From assembly GCA_051362555.1 (NCBI GenBank), contig CM120641.1, positions 14,260,001 through 14,324,000 on the forward strand: 64,000 bases of DNA, in the 5' to 3' direction. The position numbers were made by a program, and so were the translations under genes. Positions 26,401-39,900 of the stretch are shown piece after piece. The DNA is from Lingula anatina (taxonomy: Eukaryota; Animalia; Brachiopoda). The notes under the pieces are model-generated. The model was not told the origin of the DNA and did no database searches. It was given only the letters and a program-made list of their open reading frames with translations. Position 1 is the stretch's first letter; every line of letters starts with the position of its first letter.

Positions 26401-29400
26401 GTAGTAGGAAGCATAGGCCTATCTTTGCTTCATTTTTTAACAATTCTGTGAAGTGTTCACAATGCTTAAATTTTCTGAGAGTACAAATAAAGACACGCTG
26501 TTTATTTTATATTTGTTTTATTGATTGCTATACCAACAGAATGCATGAAATAACCTTAAATAGATTTGGTTATATGCAGCATATATATATTCATGACTTT
26601 TTTCCTTTCTACGAAGTAGGCCCTATTCACAATGCTTTAATATTTTGAGAGCATGGATAAAGACATGTTGTTAGTTTGATACGTGTTTCTGTGGTAAATT
26701 AGTGTTTCCAGCTGTGTACTGAAAACATAACTTTTCTTAAGCAGTTTTATTTTTTTTGGACTGTTTTTTTTTTTTTTTTTCGCCCGCTCGCACCGATTTT
26801 GGGGTCCCCAGAGGATGTCATCCATAAAAATAAAAAAGTGTGGCCTTAAAAATGTTAATAAACCCATTTCATAACAGTACTGTCTTGTTTCACATTTCCT
26901 CAGATTCAATTCTTAGGCATGTTTACAGTCTCATTATTTAACTAATAAGATACGTAAAAGTCTTTGTTTAACATTTCCTGCATCTTTACAACATTGTTAG
27001 TTGATTATGTAAAAATGATGGTAAGCTTGTTATCATGTATTGTATAATAGAGTTTCAAAAATGGAAATAAACTCTTATCATTGCAGTTTGTCAGATTCAT
27101 TCATTCATTCACAATGTTCAGAAACTCAGAATGGAGGAAATTGGACATTAAACACTGTTCTATTGATATTTTTCCCATCTCATCAATTTTCTTAGTTGAT
27201 CATATAAAAATGGCAATAAAGTGTTAATTTTGTTATATGTTAAAAAATTGTTAAAAATGGAAAAAAATGCATTTCAGGACAGTGCTGTCTTGTCTACATT
27301 TTGGCATTTTCAAGCTGTGACTTTGAAGTTCCATGGGCCTGAAGACCTTTGCTAGTCACATTTTCTGAATATCCATGAAACTAATATTTAATTATTAAAA
27401 ATTGATGGTTATTATCCTGTTAAACATTATGTAATATTGCATCAAAATTTGAAGAAACCCCTATTTTGGACACTGCTCCCTTGATGACCATTTAAGGAAA
27501 ACCATGTCACTTACTGTTCTCAAACTTACAGGAAAGAAACATGGGACTAAAATACAGTTTCATTAGGCAGTGCAGTCTATTTGGTAAATTTTTCTGGCAG
27601 TTAATCAGTTTTTTGTGAAAATTTAATTTTTCACATATTGGCAATTTCAAGGTGTGACTTAGAACCGCCTTGGGCTTGAAGACCCATGCTAGTCACATTT
27701 TCTGAAAATCCACGATACATATATTTTATTATTAAAATTGTTATTCTTTATGCTGTTAAGCATTATGAAATATTGCATCAAAATAGAAGAAAACACAATT
27801 TTGGGTATTGCTGCCATGATGACCATCATGGGAAAACCATATTACTTATGATTGTCAAACTTTTAAAAAAGAAACACAGGACTAAAATGCAGCTCGAGTT
27901 GGAAAAGCAGTCTAATTGACTTCTTTTTCTGAAAGTTTTACATTTTCAAAGTGTGAACTTGAACTCCCATGGGCCTGAAGCCTTATGCTTGTTACACATT
28001 TTACTTACATTGGTATTACCTGTTGAGCATAATTAAAATTTGATGTTGAATTTGCAGTTTAACATAATGTACTTTTACATCAGAATTGACAGTAGCCTAT
28101 TTTGTTATTTCCTGCTTTTTGTCTGTACATTTGACAGCTTTGCTGCCTTGTTTATTGATTTGTTGAATATTACATTATTTGGCTAAAACAAAGTATATAC
28201 TTCAAAAATATATACCATTAGGTTCTTAAATGCTGCATTTGAAAAGGGGGACGTCTCTTTGTATTCTTGTCAGAAATAATTGTGGAATGCCAAATTGGAA
28301 AATTAAAAAGTCTTGCAGCATTTGGATAATTATTATTTGCCTGAAACTGAAAACACTTCTAGCTTATACCTATGAACTATGTATTTTCAGTGCACCACTA
28401 AGTTGGCCAAGTCAGAAAACCTGGTGAATGCCATGATGAATGAGATGGCGCCCTCTGTGAGGAAAAATTTGAACATCCCCATAATTGTGCTGGAGGTTCT
28501 GCCATCTCTGCTGGGCATCATTACACCCACACTGAGACCTGTAGGTTTTATCATATTTTGGCAGGTTTTTAAATTATTGTTATTTTTATAAAATTTTATC
28601 TCTTAAAATGTAATTAAGGCTTGTATTTGTAAGATTCACACATCAGACATCCATTGTGTATAGAAAAAAAATCCTAGTAAGTTTCATTCTAACTGAAAAA
28701 ACAAGATTTAGAAAATTCGAAAAGGTTGGACTGGGATATAATTGTGGTGAAATATCTTTTGGAATACTTCAAAAGAGTAAGAGAATACGACTCCTGCTGA
28801 GTTGCTGGACCTTGAGAACACTATCTGAATTTTCAGTATTAAAATTTGAATAAATCTTACAATGCAATATTACCATATTATAATTTTGGATTTGTATTTT
28901 CACAGTTGTTCTAACTTGTATGTATATTGAAGTTATTCTGTGGAAACAGAATGATCTGGAACTGTTGTTCTGTACGCGATGGTTTCAGGTGAACACACAG
29001 CTTTACAGTGCCAGGGAGAAGGCGGATATGAACCACCTGATTCAGATCATGATTGCTTATAACATGACGTATCGCCAGGAAAGGACACCAGAAGGACAAT
29101 ACACATACGTTCTTGATCCGTAAGTAACATAAAGATATTATGAACAGTTTTCAAACAGCATTTGAAAATCCCATACTTTTTCAATTTTAATGGTTTTGTA
29201 TGGGGTAGTCGATAAGTCCATAGCAATTATGCAAGGGTGTGGTTTTTACTTATGCTGTGTATGTAACATTTCCAGCACTCTGTCATTTAGTAATAATGAA
29301 CATTTCTCTGTATTTGTGTAATTTGTCAAAAAAAAAGCAAAGATTGGTCAAATTTTGCGAAATGGACACAGTAGCATTAGAGCTGTGACAAAAAAGCTGT

Positions 29401-32400
29401 TTAAATAAAAGGGATAATAACTCTTCGTATGAGATCTATATTTCACAATAAAAACATTGTGAATAACTCATAGAAATATAATATATTCTGTTTTACCATA
29501 AAAACAGCAGTTATTGCTATAAATTCTTATATTTGAGCTAGTCTTTAAACCACCTGACCTCCATTGATGGCTATACTCTGTTAAAATCTCTTAAGAGATT
29601 TTAACAAAAAGCCAAACTTTTTAGAAAAAAACCAGGGACTAACTTTGAATGTAAAAATGGATTTATTAACCATTGGTAAGTATGGGAAAATTGTTGTTTA
29701 CTCCAGGAAAATTCATTTTTTTGGCTGAAAGAAGAGTTATTATCCCTTTAAGCGCCTTAATAATTTATGTTTGCTTTCTCATCTATTCCCAAACATAAGA
29801 AAATTGCTCTAGCTGGTCCCCTTTAGACATAATGGGGTTTACCAAATTACTGAGTTCATGTTGTGAAACTAACCCAAGACTTAATTTCTTGGCATTGCAA
29901 GCAAGTACACCAAGTGACAAGGGACGATAGTGTGTGGCCTTGTGAAGTGTATGAATGTTCACATAAAAGGATAAACCCCAGTTCAAGTCTTTCATGGCCA
30001 GATTGCACACTTATCAAGCACCTCTCAGAGCTTTCACTAGTTTGTAATGTATTTGTGTACTTTTATAATAATAATAATAATATATTTATAATAATTTATT
30101 AAGATTGCAACCCAGTGGGTTGAAGTTGTACATAGAATGTTAAAAAAAAAAAAATTATAATGATAATAAAATGAAAATTTGCATGAATAAAACTGAGTTA
30201 AAAGACTGCTAACTGAACTTTAAAATTATTGTACTTAGACTGCTAACTGAACTTTAAAATTATTGTACTTAGGATAGCAGCCAGTGAGTTAATTATATAA
30301 GGAATGTGATTTTCTGGGTATGTGTGGGTGTATGTGCATGTGTGATCATAACATCATTTGTTGTCACTTTTGTCAATTACCAGTAAGTGTCTACATCCTT
30401 GGAATTGAAAATTCGACACATTTTGTTCTGTACAAGACAGTGACTCACTTGATTGAGCATAAGATGAGCAGAGCATGATAGCATTTAATATTTTATCTTT
30501 GATTTATTTGTTCATCTTCAAGGAGTTTAGATGAAGTGGTTCACTTCACAGGGTTGAAGCCTGAAAGACAGTTAACCTATGCAGCTAAACAGCTGATAGC
30601 CAGGGAGGTGAGCTGTGAAGTTTTTAATGTGTGAAAGCTAATCAGACTGACCCACTTCATCATGCAAGTTGTAATTCTGGTCAGATATTAAATTTATAAG
30701 GGGTAAATGAATTGAGTCTTAACTTGATTTAAACATTTATCCAGGAAGTGCAGTTCCTTTTGATATTAAGAAATAATAAGAAAAAAAATACTGTTTGGGC
30801 TGTAATTAACACATGACCTTCAATCTTTCCAAAGTGGTAACTATGATTTTAAGTATAGAAGAGAAAAATAACTTTATATGTGATGTGTGATTGAAAAAAA
30901 AAATTAAAATTATTTTAGTGGTACTATTCTCTGTCCACATTAAAATATGTGTGGGGACCTTTTTCTTTCAGATTGAGTTGGAGAAGATGAGAAGAAGTGA
31001 GGCAGTACTTGAAAGGTGTGTAGGCAGGCACTTTAGTCTGGGTTCACTGCTCCCACCCCCACATATTTAAATTTCATTATTTACACATATTTTCTCCATC
31101 TTAACTCATTTTTATAACTATTTTATGTATTTATATAATTTATATATTGTAGATGAATTATAATAAATCATAATTTAACAATTTCACAATTTGACAAACA
31201 TGAAATAATAGTTCTTTCAGCATTTTGAGTCTCAAAAAAAAAAAAAAATTGAAAGCTCTTGCCCAATAATACTACTACATGTAAGAAGCAAATGCACTCT
31301 TTTTCATCTGCTATAACATGTGCATGCAAACATGCACGTGCATACATGATTTTGTCATCACTGTAGAGCTGAGAGGCAGCCTGTAGTTCCAGTAACAAAG
31401 AAGTCAGCCAACCCTGCTGTACCTAACCACCTGCAGAAGCTGGAGGCCAAGCCAATCAGGGAGGTGGAGGAAAAGGTGGGCTCACTGCCATTGTCTGAAA
31501 TAATGATGATCAGCTTTCTTATGTACTGTTTAAAATTGTTATACACGTGTGTGTGCGTGTGTCCTTTTAATCTATTTTTTTATTTTTCAACATTTTGATA
31601 TCTTTCTAGTTCAAAATATTTTAATGTGCGCATTTATATTGTCTTAATGCACTGTCTGTTTCAGCCTTGTCACCTCAAGTACATTCTCTGCTTTGCCAGT
31701 AGTTCCTTTTTTTTTATTATTTTTTTTTTTTTTGGTGGTATAATAAACCAGGTGGCTTGTGATCAGTAGAATTATATGATATTGCCAGTAACCTGCAGAC
31801 CTTTCCATCAATATTTGATAGCCGAGCAGCTTTTATGTTGTCTGTGCCAATATCTGGAGTGAACATTAAGTGAATTATTAAAGCCACAAAGTATAGTAAT
31901 ATCCATAATTCTCACCTTTTACTCGCTGGTAGTGCTAGGCAAAAAGGCTTTATTCTGTAGCCCTGTTCACACTGCAGTCAAGTTCACACTTAGTGGTGAC
32001 GATTTACCATTTGAAGTCTACTACAGGTGGTCGACCTTAGTGGTGGAGAAGTTGATTGCAATTTATGAAAATTGACTGTGAAACCAAGCTGTGGAATCTC
32101 TGGAATATGATATGACAAATGCCTGACAGGAGTATGAGCAAATTAAATTCGAAATAAGACATTTTTAAACAAGTGTAATGTGGATGGACCTTAAGATTGC
32201 ATCCCAACTTGTTTGCATTCAGGGTTCAGCACGTAGAGCTGACTTCAAATGCACTATTCCTCACATGTCAGTCCAATATTAAGTTAGCCTTTAACTTCAT
32301 TTAAAATCTCAACATTAATTGAAATCAAGAGAAGGACAAAATTGGATTGTATGCAATTTTTCATTTATTGAAGCTTGGTATAGTGTATTAATTGACGGTA

Positions 32401-33369
32401 ATTGCATTTTTCTTGACAATGCTTGTAAATTTGATGCCTTCATTAGAATAGCAATTCTATTATGATGTTTTGTCCATGCAAGAGACTGACAGCAGCACTG
32501 CTGATTTTGTAACACATCCCCACAGAGAAGAGTGAAAGAAATTACGCTGGGTGTCAGTCATATTTTGTATGAAGTCTGTGGAAGTCTGTTGATAATCAGG
32601 CTCTCAGTGCGGGATATTGCTATACAACTGTCACTGGAGGACCGGAAATAATAGAAAGTCGTAACTCGATCTTTTAAACATTTCTAGTCTAAGAGTGTGA
32701 TGAGTGTCAAGATTGGTGTTCAGTTTTGTCACTTCAGTTGTGGTGATTAAGTAAATAATTGGTGACATTTCTTGGACCTTTTGCTCTTTGACAAATTCAT
32801 GAGGCAAATTTTCTTGTGCATTTAGATAGAGATGCTGTTGAGTTTCATCAGTAAAACTAATCACTTTGATGAGATTTTCTGGGTGATATTCCTTGACTTA
32901 GCATGTGGTTCAAAGAATTTACTAGTGGAGCAGTAAAGAGGCATTCACGCAGTTTGTCTTCAGGGGCTACTTTTATTGATAGACTGGTCAGTTTGGGTGA
33001 GGGCAATCTTTTCGTACCACATTTCCTGCTGGAATATTCTACATTTCCATAGAATATGTGGACTAGGGGGATTTTCATTGTATTTTTTCTTGTTAATCCT
33101 GTGAATATTTCCCTGCTCTTCAGTTTGTCAGAACCTTGTAATCAGAATTATTCGAAAACAAGGTGATTTAGTATCAAAGTGAATTTTTATGTTATTCATC
33201 CAGTAGTATTATTCTTAGGTTATTTAGGATTACTAAAATATAAAATTTGGATAGAGCACAAAATGCTCGTGGGTTTTTCAGATGAGTTTGTTGATTGGTC
33301 AACTTGATGCACTGTTTAGGCTCTCGATTGCTGCAGTTTAGTCTAAGCTCATAGACCTCTGCTGCCCTT

Positions 33370-33412
<43 letters not shown>

Positions 33413-36400
33413 TTTCTAGAGAGAGACTTTCTTGTTTCTAAGACCATTTTTGCAAAGTCTCTCTTTTTTTGCAATGTCAATTCTTTTACAATGGTATTCG
33501 TTGTAATTGATAATCTACATAGGATCACAATTTATGTTCTCTTGGACTTAAAAGCTTTTGTTCTTTACCCCTTCAGGCCTCCATGCAATATTTTGTTCTT
33601 CAACTGTTTTCATTCACAACAGGGCTTAAGAATTGTTATAGCATTAGTGCTATATTTGTATTTTGTTTGTGAATGTGCTATCATTAATTTGGAAGTAACA
33701 AAAAATGTTACACAGGGAGATATTTATTTGTCAGTTCCACATTTATTTATTTTCTCTTTTTTTGTTCATGTCCAATTGTCATCCTCTAAAAGGGCTGTCG
33801 ATATTACGTAAAATGCAGAAAATTTTTTTTACAAATGATAAACTGTGTAACATGAACTATGATCTGGGTACCATCTTAACTTACTTTGCTGTTTTAATTT
33901 TTATGATAATATTTAGACAATTTCAGACTCCCCATCAATGTAAAATTTATTTGCTTGTGAATGTTGTGCGTGGTGATGGTAAAGGAGGAGTGAACATGGC
34001 AATAGAGATCTTTTAAGTATAATAAGTTATAAAGTGTTTTAAAATATGTTTATATGTCCATCCATATGTAATTACTTTGAAAATGTGTGGAATCTGTAAT
34101 TGCAGTTATGGATAGAAATTCAATTCGAATCCATAGGTCTAATATTGACTGGAAAGATTATAATACTTCACACAAAGTGGGATAAAACTAAGCATCTCAT
34201 GGACAGCTGAATGGCATTTTTGTCCTTTTTAGTATCACAAGTTTGATGTCACCTATTTTGGGTTGAATGCATATGTAAAGCCCTTAAATTCCATATTTTT
34301 AAAATGGGAATTCTAAATTTGTCCATTTATTTTATGGCTCAAGCACTGTTTACAAAGCTTAAATTTGACCTAACCTGTTATGCAACTTCTAGCTAGACTG
34401 AGTCCAATCATTTTCAGAGCAATAAATCCAATCATTCCTTCATCATCATCATTTTGAATTTATGGCTATATTTTTTTCGTGTACATTTTATTCTGTTTCC
34501 TGTTTACAAGTACATGTGAGTGGTGATGAGGTGGTTGAATGCGGACTTGATGTAATGAAATCGTAATGAGATGAAGTGTTCACAAATTGACTTTCGCACT
34601 TATGCTGCTGCAATAAGTGGATTTTCTGAAAATATCCATTTGGGCGATTTTCACCAGAGTATCAATAGCTGAACCCATTAAACGCTCCTAATTTTTGTCC
34701 AAATTGTATTTCTACTTGATCCTGAAGATTGTTGATATTGTTATGATATCTCTGTAGGGAAAAGAGAACCAATGATGAACTGCATAAATATGGATAATGC
34801 TGAAAATTTACCACTATCAAATTTGGTAAAATTGGTCACTTGATACCAATGGAGTATAGACAAGAAAGCTTTAGGTTTACTGGTAAGGAAACACACATGT
34901 TCAAACTTTTAGGTGGATGCATTGAAAAAAAATGCACGCTTCAAAGGAAGATGCTGAAAATTTACTACTAGGTTGTGATGTATGGTATTTGGATGATTGT
35001 TTATAACTAGCTAGTGGGTGTTAACCCACATAATGCAACAAAAGATATAACACTGAATTTTCAGTACAAGCCCAGAGACAAAATTTTTTGTCAGTTTCAT
35101 TTGACGCAACTGTGATTTTCACACATTACACTTTTCATGAATAAGCTTCAAATAAGACATACCCAACGTTTTATTTTGATATAGCTTTACATTTGATACA
35201 TGCTTCTATTTTCTTTCGTCAAAAAATTTGTACCTTTCTAGAATGCACAAAGGAATAAGGTAAGATAACGTGGGAACTCATTTGTAGTCTGCATATAGCT
35301 TGGCTTGAAATATGAAGGGTGGTTGGCATAGCATGAAAAATGTATTGAAATATTGATGAGGGCTTTTAAAAATTGGTGTGTGAGTACATTTGCATGTGAA
35401 GGCACTATGGTAGACCCTGTGTCAGAATTTTACTATGATTGTGTTAGTAGTTTTAAAATACTTTTGTACTGGGTATGTAGGCAGTTTCATAATGGGGTTA
35501 GTAAAGTGTGATATGGAGGTAGTAGATGGATTAAAGTGTGTATTTGTGTAGCATTTTAATGGGATATTGTGGACATATGGTTGAAGTGTAAATGGGTGCA
35601 TGTTTATTTATCTCTTTTTGGTAATAATGGGTACTAAATGGCAATGTTTTTACTTACACACAGAATCATATTATTTGATGGCATTTCAACTAAATATAGT
35701 ATAGATTATTATCATTTTGACAGAATGTCTGGGAGCTGCTATTGGTAAGGCATAATACTTGGAAATAACCTAATAAAATATATGCAATATTATGATAAGG
35801 GTGCCAGTGGTATTACATGGGTACTTAAACATTGGGCTTCAACAAGGATGGGAATTTACCTACATTGGAAGGATTTCCCTGTTTTTTATGGAACAATCTG
35901 TAGAAACTTGTTAGTCCTTATTTGAAATGTAAAGGAACTGGGAAAGGAGCTTTCCTAGATATGAAAGTAACATAAGGCCACACTTTTTTATTTTTATGGA
36001 TGACATCCTGCGCTCGCACCGATTTTCGCCCGTTCTCCGAAAAAAGAAAAAAATCCCCCCCCCCCCCCCAGCCCCTAAGGAAGTCGGTTGTTGTAAACGT
36101 TGTTATTGAATTTGCCAGGAAATGAGCTTTCTGCGCATGCGTATTATCGCCATGTGGAAATGTGGCCGCTTTGCCGTCAAATTCATCTCTAGGATTACTT
36201 TCAAATTACACGACAATTAAAGTCATAAAGAGAACGGGTGCCATCATTTTGGATTGGTATGCCATTGATATTGGGCATGGAGATATCACCATTTTACAAT
36301 TGTGCGAAAGGCTGGCGGCTGCCAGCGATTATCGCCCGAAAAATTTCAGTGACATTCTGTACTAAGCAGCACATAGGCTACCAGGTTTTCTGTAGCGAAA

Positions 36401-36888
36401 AAAGGGTCGACAAGGGCGTCGAGGTATTTGGTGGGCTGAAGGTCGGACAGGCCACCTGACAGTTTGGCCGTGTGAGTCGAAGTAGACAAAAAGGCATCGT
36501 TCGAAATGACCTTTAATAGATTTGGTAGTAATAAGCATATCTTTGCATCATTTTTTAAACATTTCTGTAAAGTGTTCAAAATGCTTTAATATTCTGAGAA
36601 TACAAATAAAGACACACTGTTTGTTTGATATTTGTTTTATTGATTGCTATACCAACAAAATGCATGGAATAACCTTAAAAGATTTTGTAATAAGAAGTAT
36701 ATCTATTCATGACTTTTTTTTACATTTCTACGAAGTATTCACAATGCTTTAATATTTTGAGAGCATGGATAAAGACATATTGTTAGTTTGATACGTGTTT
36801 CTGTGGTAAAATGTGTTTCCAGCTGTGTACTGACAGCATTCCTTTACTTAAGCAGTATTATTTTTTTTTTTTTTTTTTTGGACTGTTT

Positions 36889-36928
<40 letters not shown>

Positions 36929-39900
36929 CGCCCTCTCGCACCGATTTTGGGGTACCCAGAGGATGTCATCCATAAAAATAAAAAAGTGTGGCCTAACAGT
37001 GAAAAAAAAAGCTCTACTACATCTATATGTTAAGTGCTTATGTATTGAATTGTCATCAGATTTGTCTGTAAATGTGGGTATGAAATGCAAGGCCATAACA
37101 TCTGTAAGTAATGAGCTAATGTATCCCCATATTATATTGTATTTTTGTATCTTACACTTACAAGCAAGAGAGTGTGTGTGTGTAAGTAAGGAGTATTTCA
37201 GTTAAGTGCCTCTGTATTTTTTGTATTATGTAGTTATTTTTTGTTTATTTATTTGTAAAGCCAGAATAAAGTTTAAAAAGAAAAAAAAAAAGAAAGAAAC
37301 AGGGTAGAGTAGTCTTTCATTTTTATTTTCAGCATTCTCTGCCCCTATTGCTTTTTATTTCATGAGATATCTATTTAGGGGTTGCCTTTGGCATATGTGT
37401 GTGGTAGTATGTATGATTCTTAAAAGAAACCTTCTAGTTAGCAGAGAACAGGCACTGTGGATGGCTGTGACAGCTAGAAGTGTGGTGAACAGTCCAGGAT
37501 CATTAATATGGCAGGCACGGCTCAGAGATTATTAGTCTAAGTGCTGTTCTATGGGAGCCTCACGCTCCTAGTGGTTAACAGCTTAATTCCACTTGATTTT
37601 AAACAGAATTGCTTAACTCCAGCTCCTTACAACAGTCTGCACAACTTTCCCTTCTCTCGGGGGAACATGTTTTGTCACTTTGGCCTTTGTAATTATGTTA
37701 TTGTCATTATAACAATCTGCATAATCAGATCAGAGTCGTAATTTTTTCACTTAGAATCCATTTGGAGTTAGCTAAAATGGCATTATCTCGTAGGCAGAGG
37801 AGGGATGCTGAGTACATGATGAGGTCCCATGATCCCAAAACACGGGAAGTAATTTGGTTTTCTGTTCAAAGTAAATGGTTTGGTCTTAATTTGAGTGCAT
37901 AATATATATGATACCATTTAGTAATTCAATTAGAATGCATAATTTAGGAAGTTGAAGCTGTGTTAGCCTCATGGCACTCAAATACACCCTGAAGATCTCA
38001 GTGAAGCTTTTCTTCAATTTTAAAGTACTGATACCCTCATAAAATAAGTGAATTATTTCAATCTTAAAGTAACCAGAGAACAATAGAAAAGATTGTTTGT
38101 GGCATATACTGTGTAACATGTAAGTGAAGTTGTTCTCTCGCTCTACTTTTTTCAATCCTAGACTTTTGAATTAGCAACAGTGGAGAAAGTACCTTAGATG
38201 TTTTGTAGGAAAAATTATATTTTAATGTTATCTTTTGAAGACCTGACATATGATGGAAACTGGGTATTATGAACAATTTACAAAGAAGTGAAGGCAGGTG
38301 GTTAGTATGTTGAGGAATGTGAAGCAGGTGTAGGAGCGGCTATCTTCAGTGGGGCCTACTACATAAAATAAAAATAGCCGGCAAACCAGACCTAGCTGAA
38401 CTGGGGGGTTGGCATTGCTCTCTCTCAGCTGAGCATCCCCATGCATTATTCAGACTGCCCTTTCGATAATGTGACGTTGGAGATTAAATTGATTTGCCTT
38501 TATTCCCATTGTCATTTGACCTTTTGAATCTTCGGCATGCTCCCGACATAGAAGCATCTCAATGCATCACAAATGGACCATTAGAAAGTCCCAGAATTGG
38601 TTAGGTGTAAATGAATTTTCACTGAAATCTTCTCCAACTTAATTAGTTTCTGTCTATAATTAGGTGTCAAACCCAGTCACATCTCCCAAGTTAAGACTGA
38701 TACAGAGTACAATTCTCTGTGACTTTAAGGAAGTTACCTTGTAGGAGCCGGAAAGTAGAGTTGGGAAGCTTTGGTGCTCAGAAAAGTTTTTGTCAGAATG
38801 GGCAGAAAATAATTAAAAAGTAACTTCTCTTAATTCTGCTAAGGTTGTAGGTCTACATTGACTTTATTATTATTATTGTTAGTTTTAATATATTTATTCA
38901 TTTATTTATGGTGCATGTTTCTATGAACATGCCCATTTTTAATGAGTTAAAAATTACAGTTATAAATTTCTTATATCACATACCTTACCCACTACAGAAA
39001 TTCATTTTATTGAAGATTGAAAAAATTAGTTACTCATAAAGATACCAATGCTTTCATGGCCCACACCCAACAGTACTTTGGGAAATATTATGATAAGGTT
39101 TATTTGGGTGTAAAGCTGAGGGACTGTGGAAGTATTCTATTCACACATACTTGAATGAAGTCAAAAGTTGAAGATGTGCTGGCATGCATTAGGTGTGTGT
39201 GAAAGTTAAATAAATGTTATTTAATATTATTTATTTTTAAAGATTTAATGAGCAGTTATTATACGGTATGCCAAAGTTTCAGAAAGCCCCCATGGGTTTC
39301 ACATGAATGTTAATATAGCCCTTTAAGCTGGAAATCTTCTTGTTTAAAAAAAAAAAAAAAAAGACAAGACAGCACAGTCTAGATTAAAAAGTACATATGT
39401 AAAATTTATATGTAACAAATAAAGATCTGGACAGAAGGTCATTAAAGTCGTTGTCTCATTTCAGCCTGCTGTGGACTTTTTTGGAAGAGTAATCCAAACA
39501 AAAAGAAAAAAAGAGAACGGTAAGATGTTATTTTACTATTTATCAACAAAAATGACAGTAATACGGTTTTACTTACAACATGGTTGCTGAATTAATCTTG
39601 CATAACTTATGGAGTAGATATCTTGTCATGTGAGTTTTTATTTAGATTAATGACTTCAGGATATTCGGCTTAAGGAGCATTGAGACTTCCCTTCTGTTTT
39701 AACATACCGTTCTCTATAGAATTAAATCTGGTAGATTTGAACTGCATTATCAGTGGTATTTTCAAATGCTGTCATACACAATTAAAGGCACACTATGGCA
39801 AAAAAATCTTGTTAATTTCAATAATTTTCCTTTCCTTACTAAGGATTGCTTTCATCACCATGGTGTACCATATCTTAAATCATTCACAGAAATGTTATCC

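Noticed and set aside
31960-32190. Possible MITE starting GCCCTGTTCACACTGCA
   Set aside because: The right-end match is too degenerate and the flanking trinucleotides differ (GTA vs TTA).
34983-34997. WYLDD, resembling a reverse-transcriptase catalytic motif
   Set aside because: Followed by a stop two codons later and out of position relative to the other LINE-like relics; likely chance.
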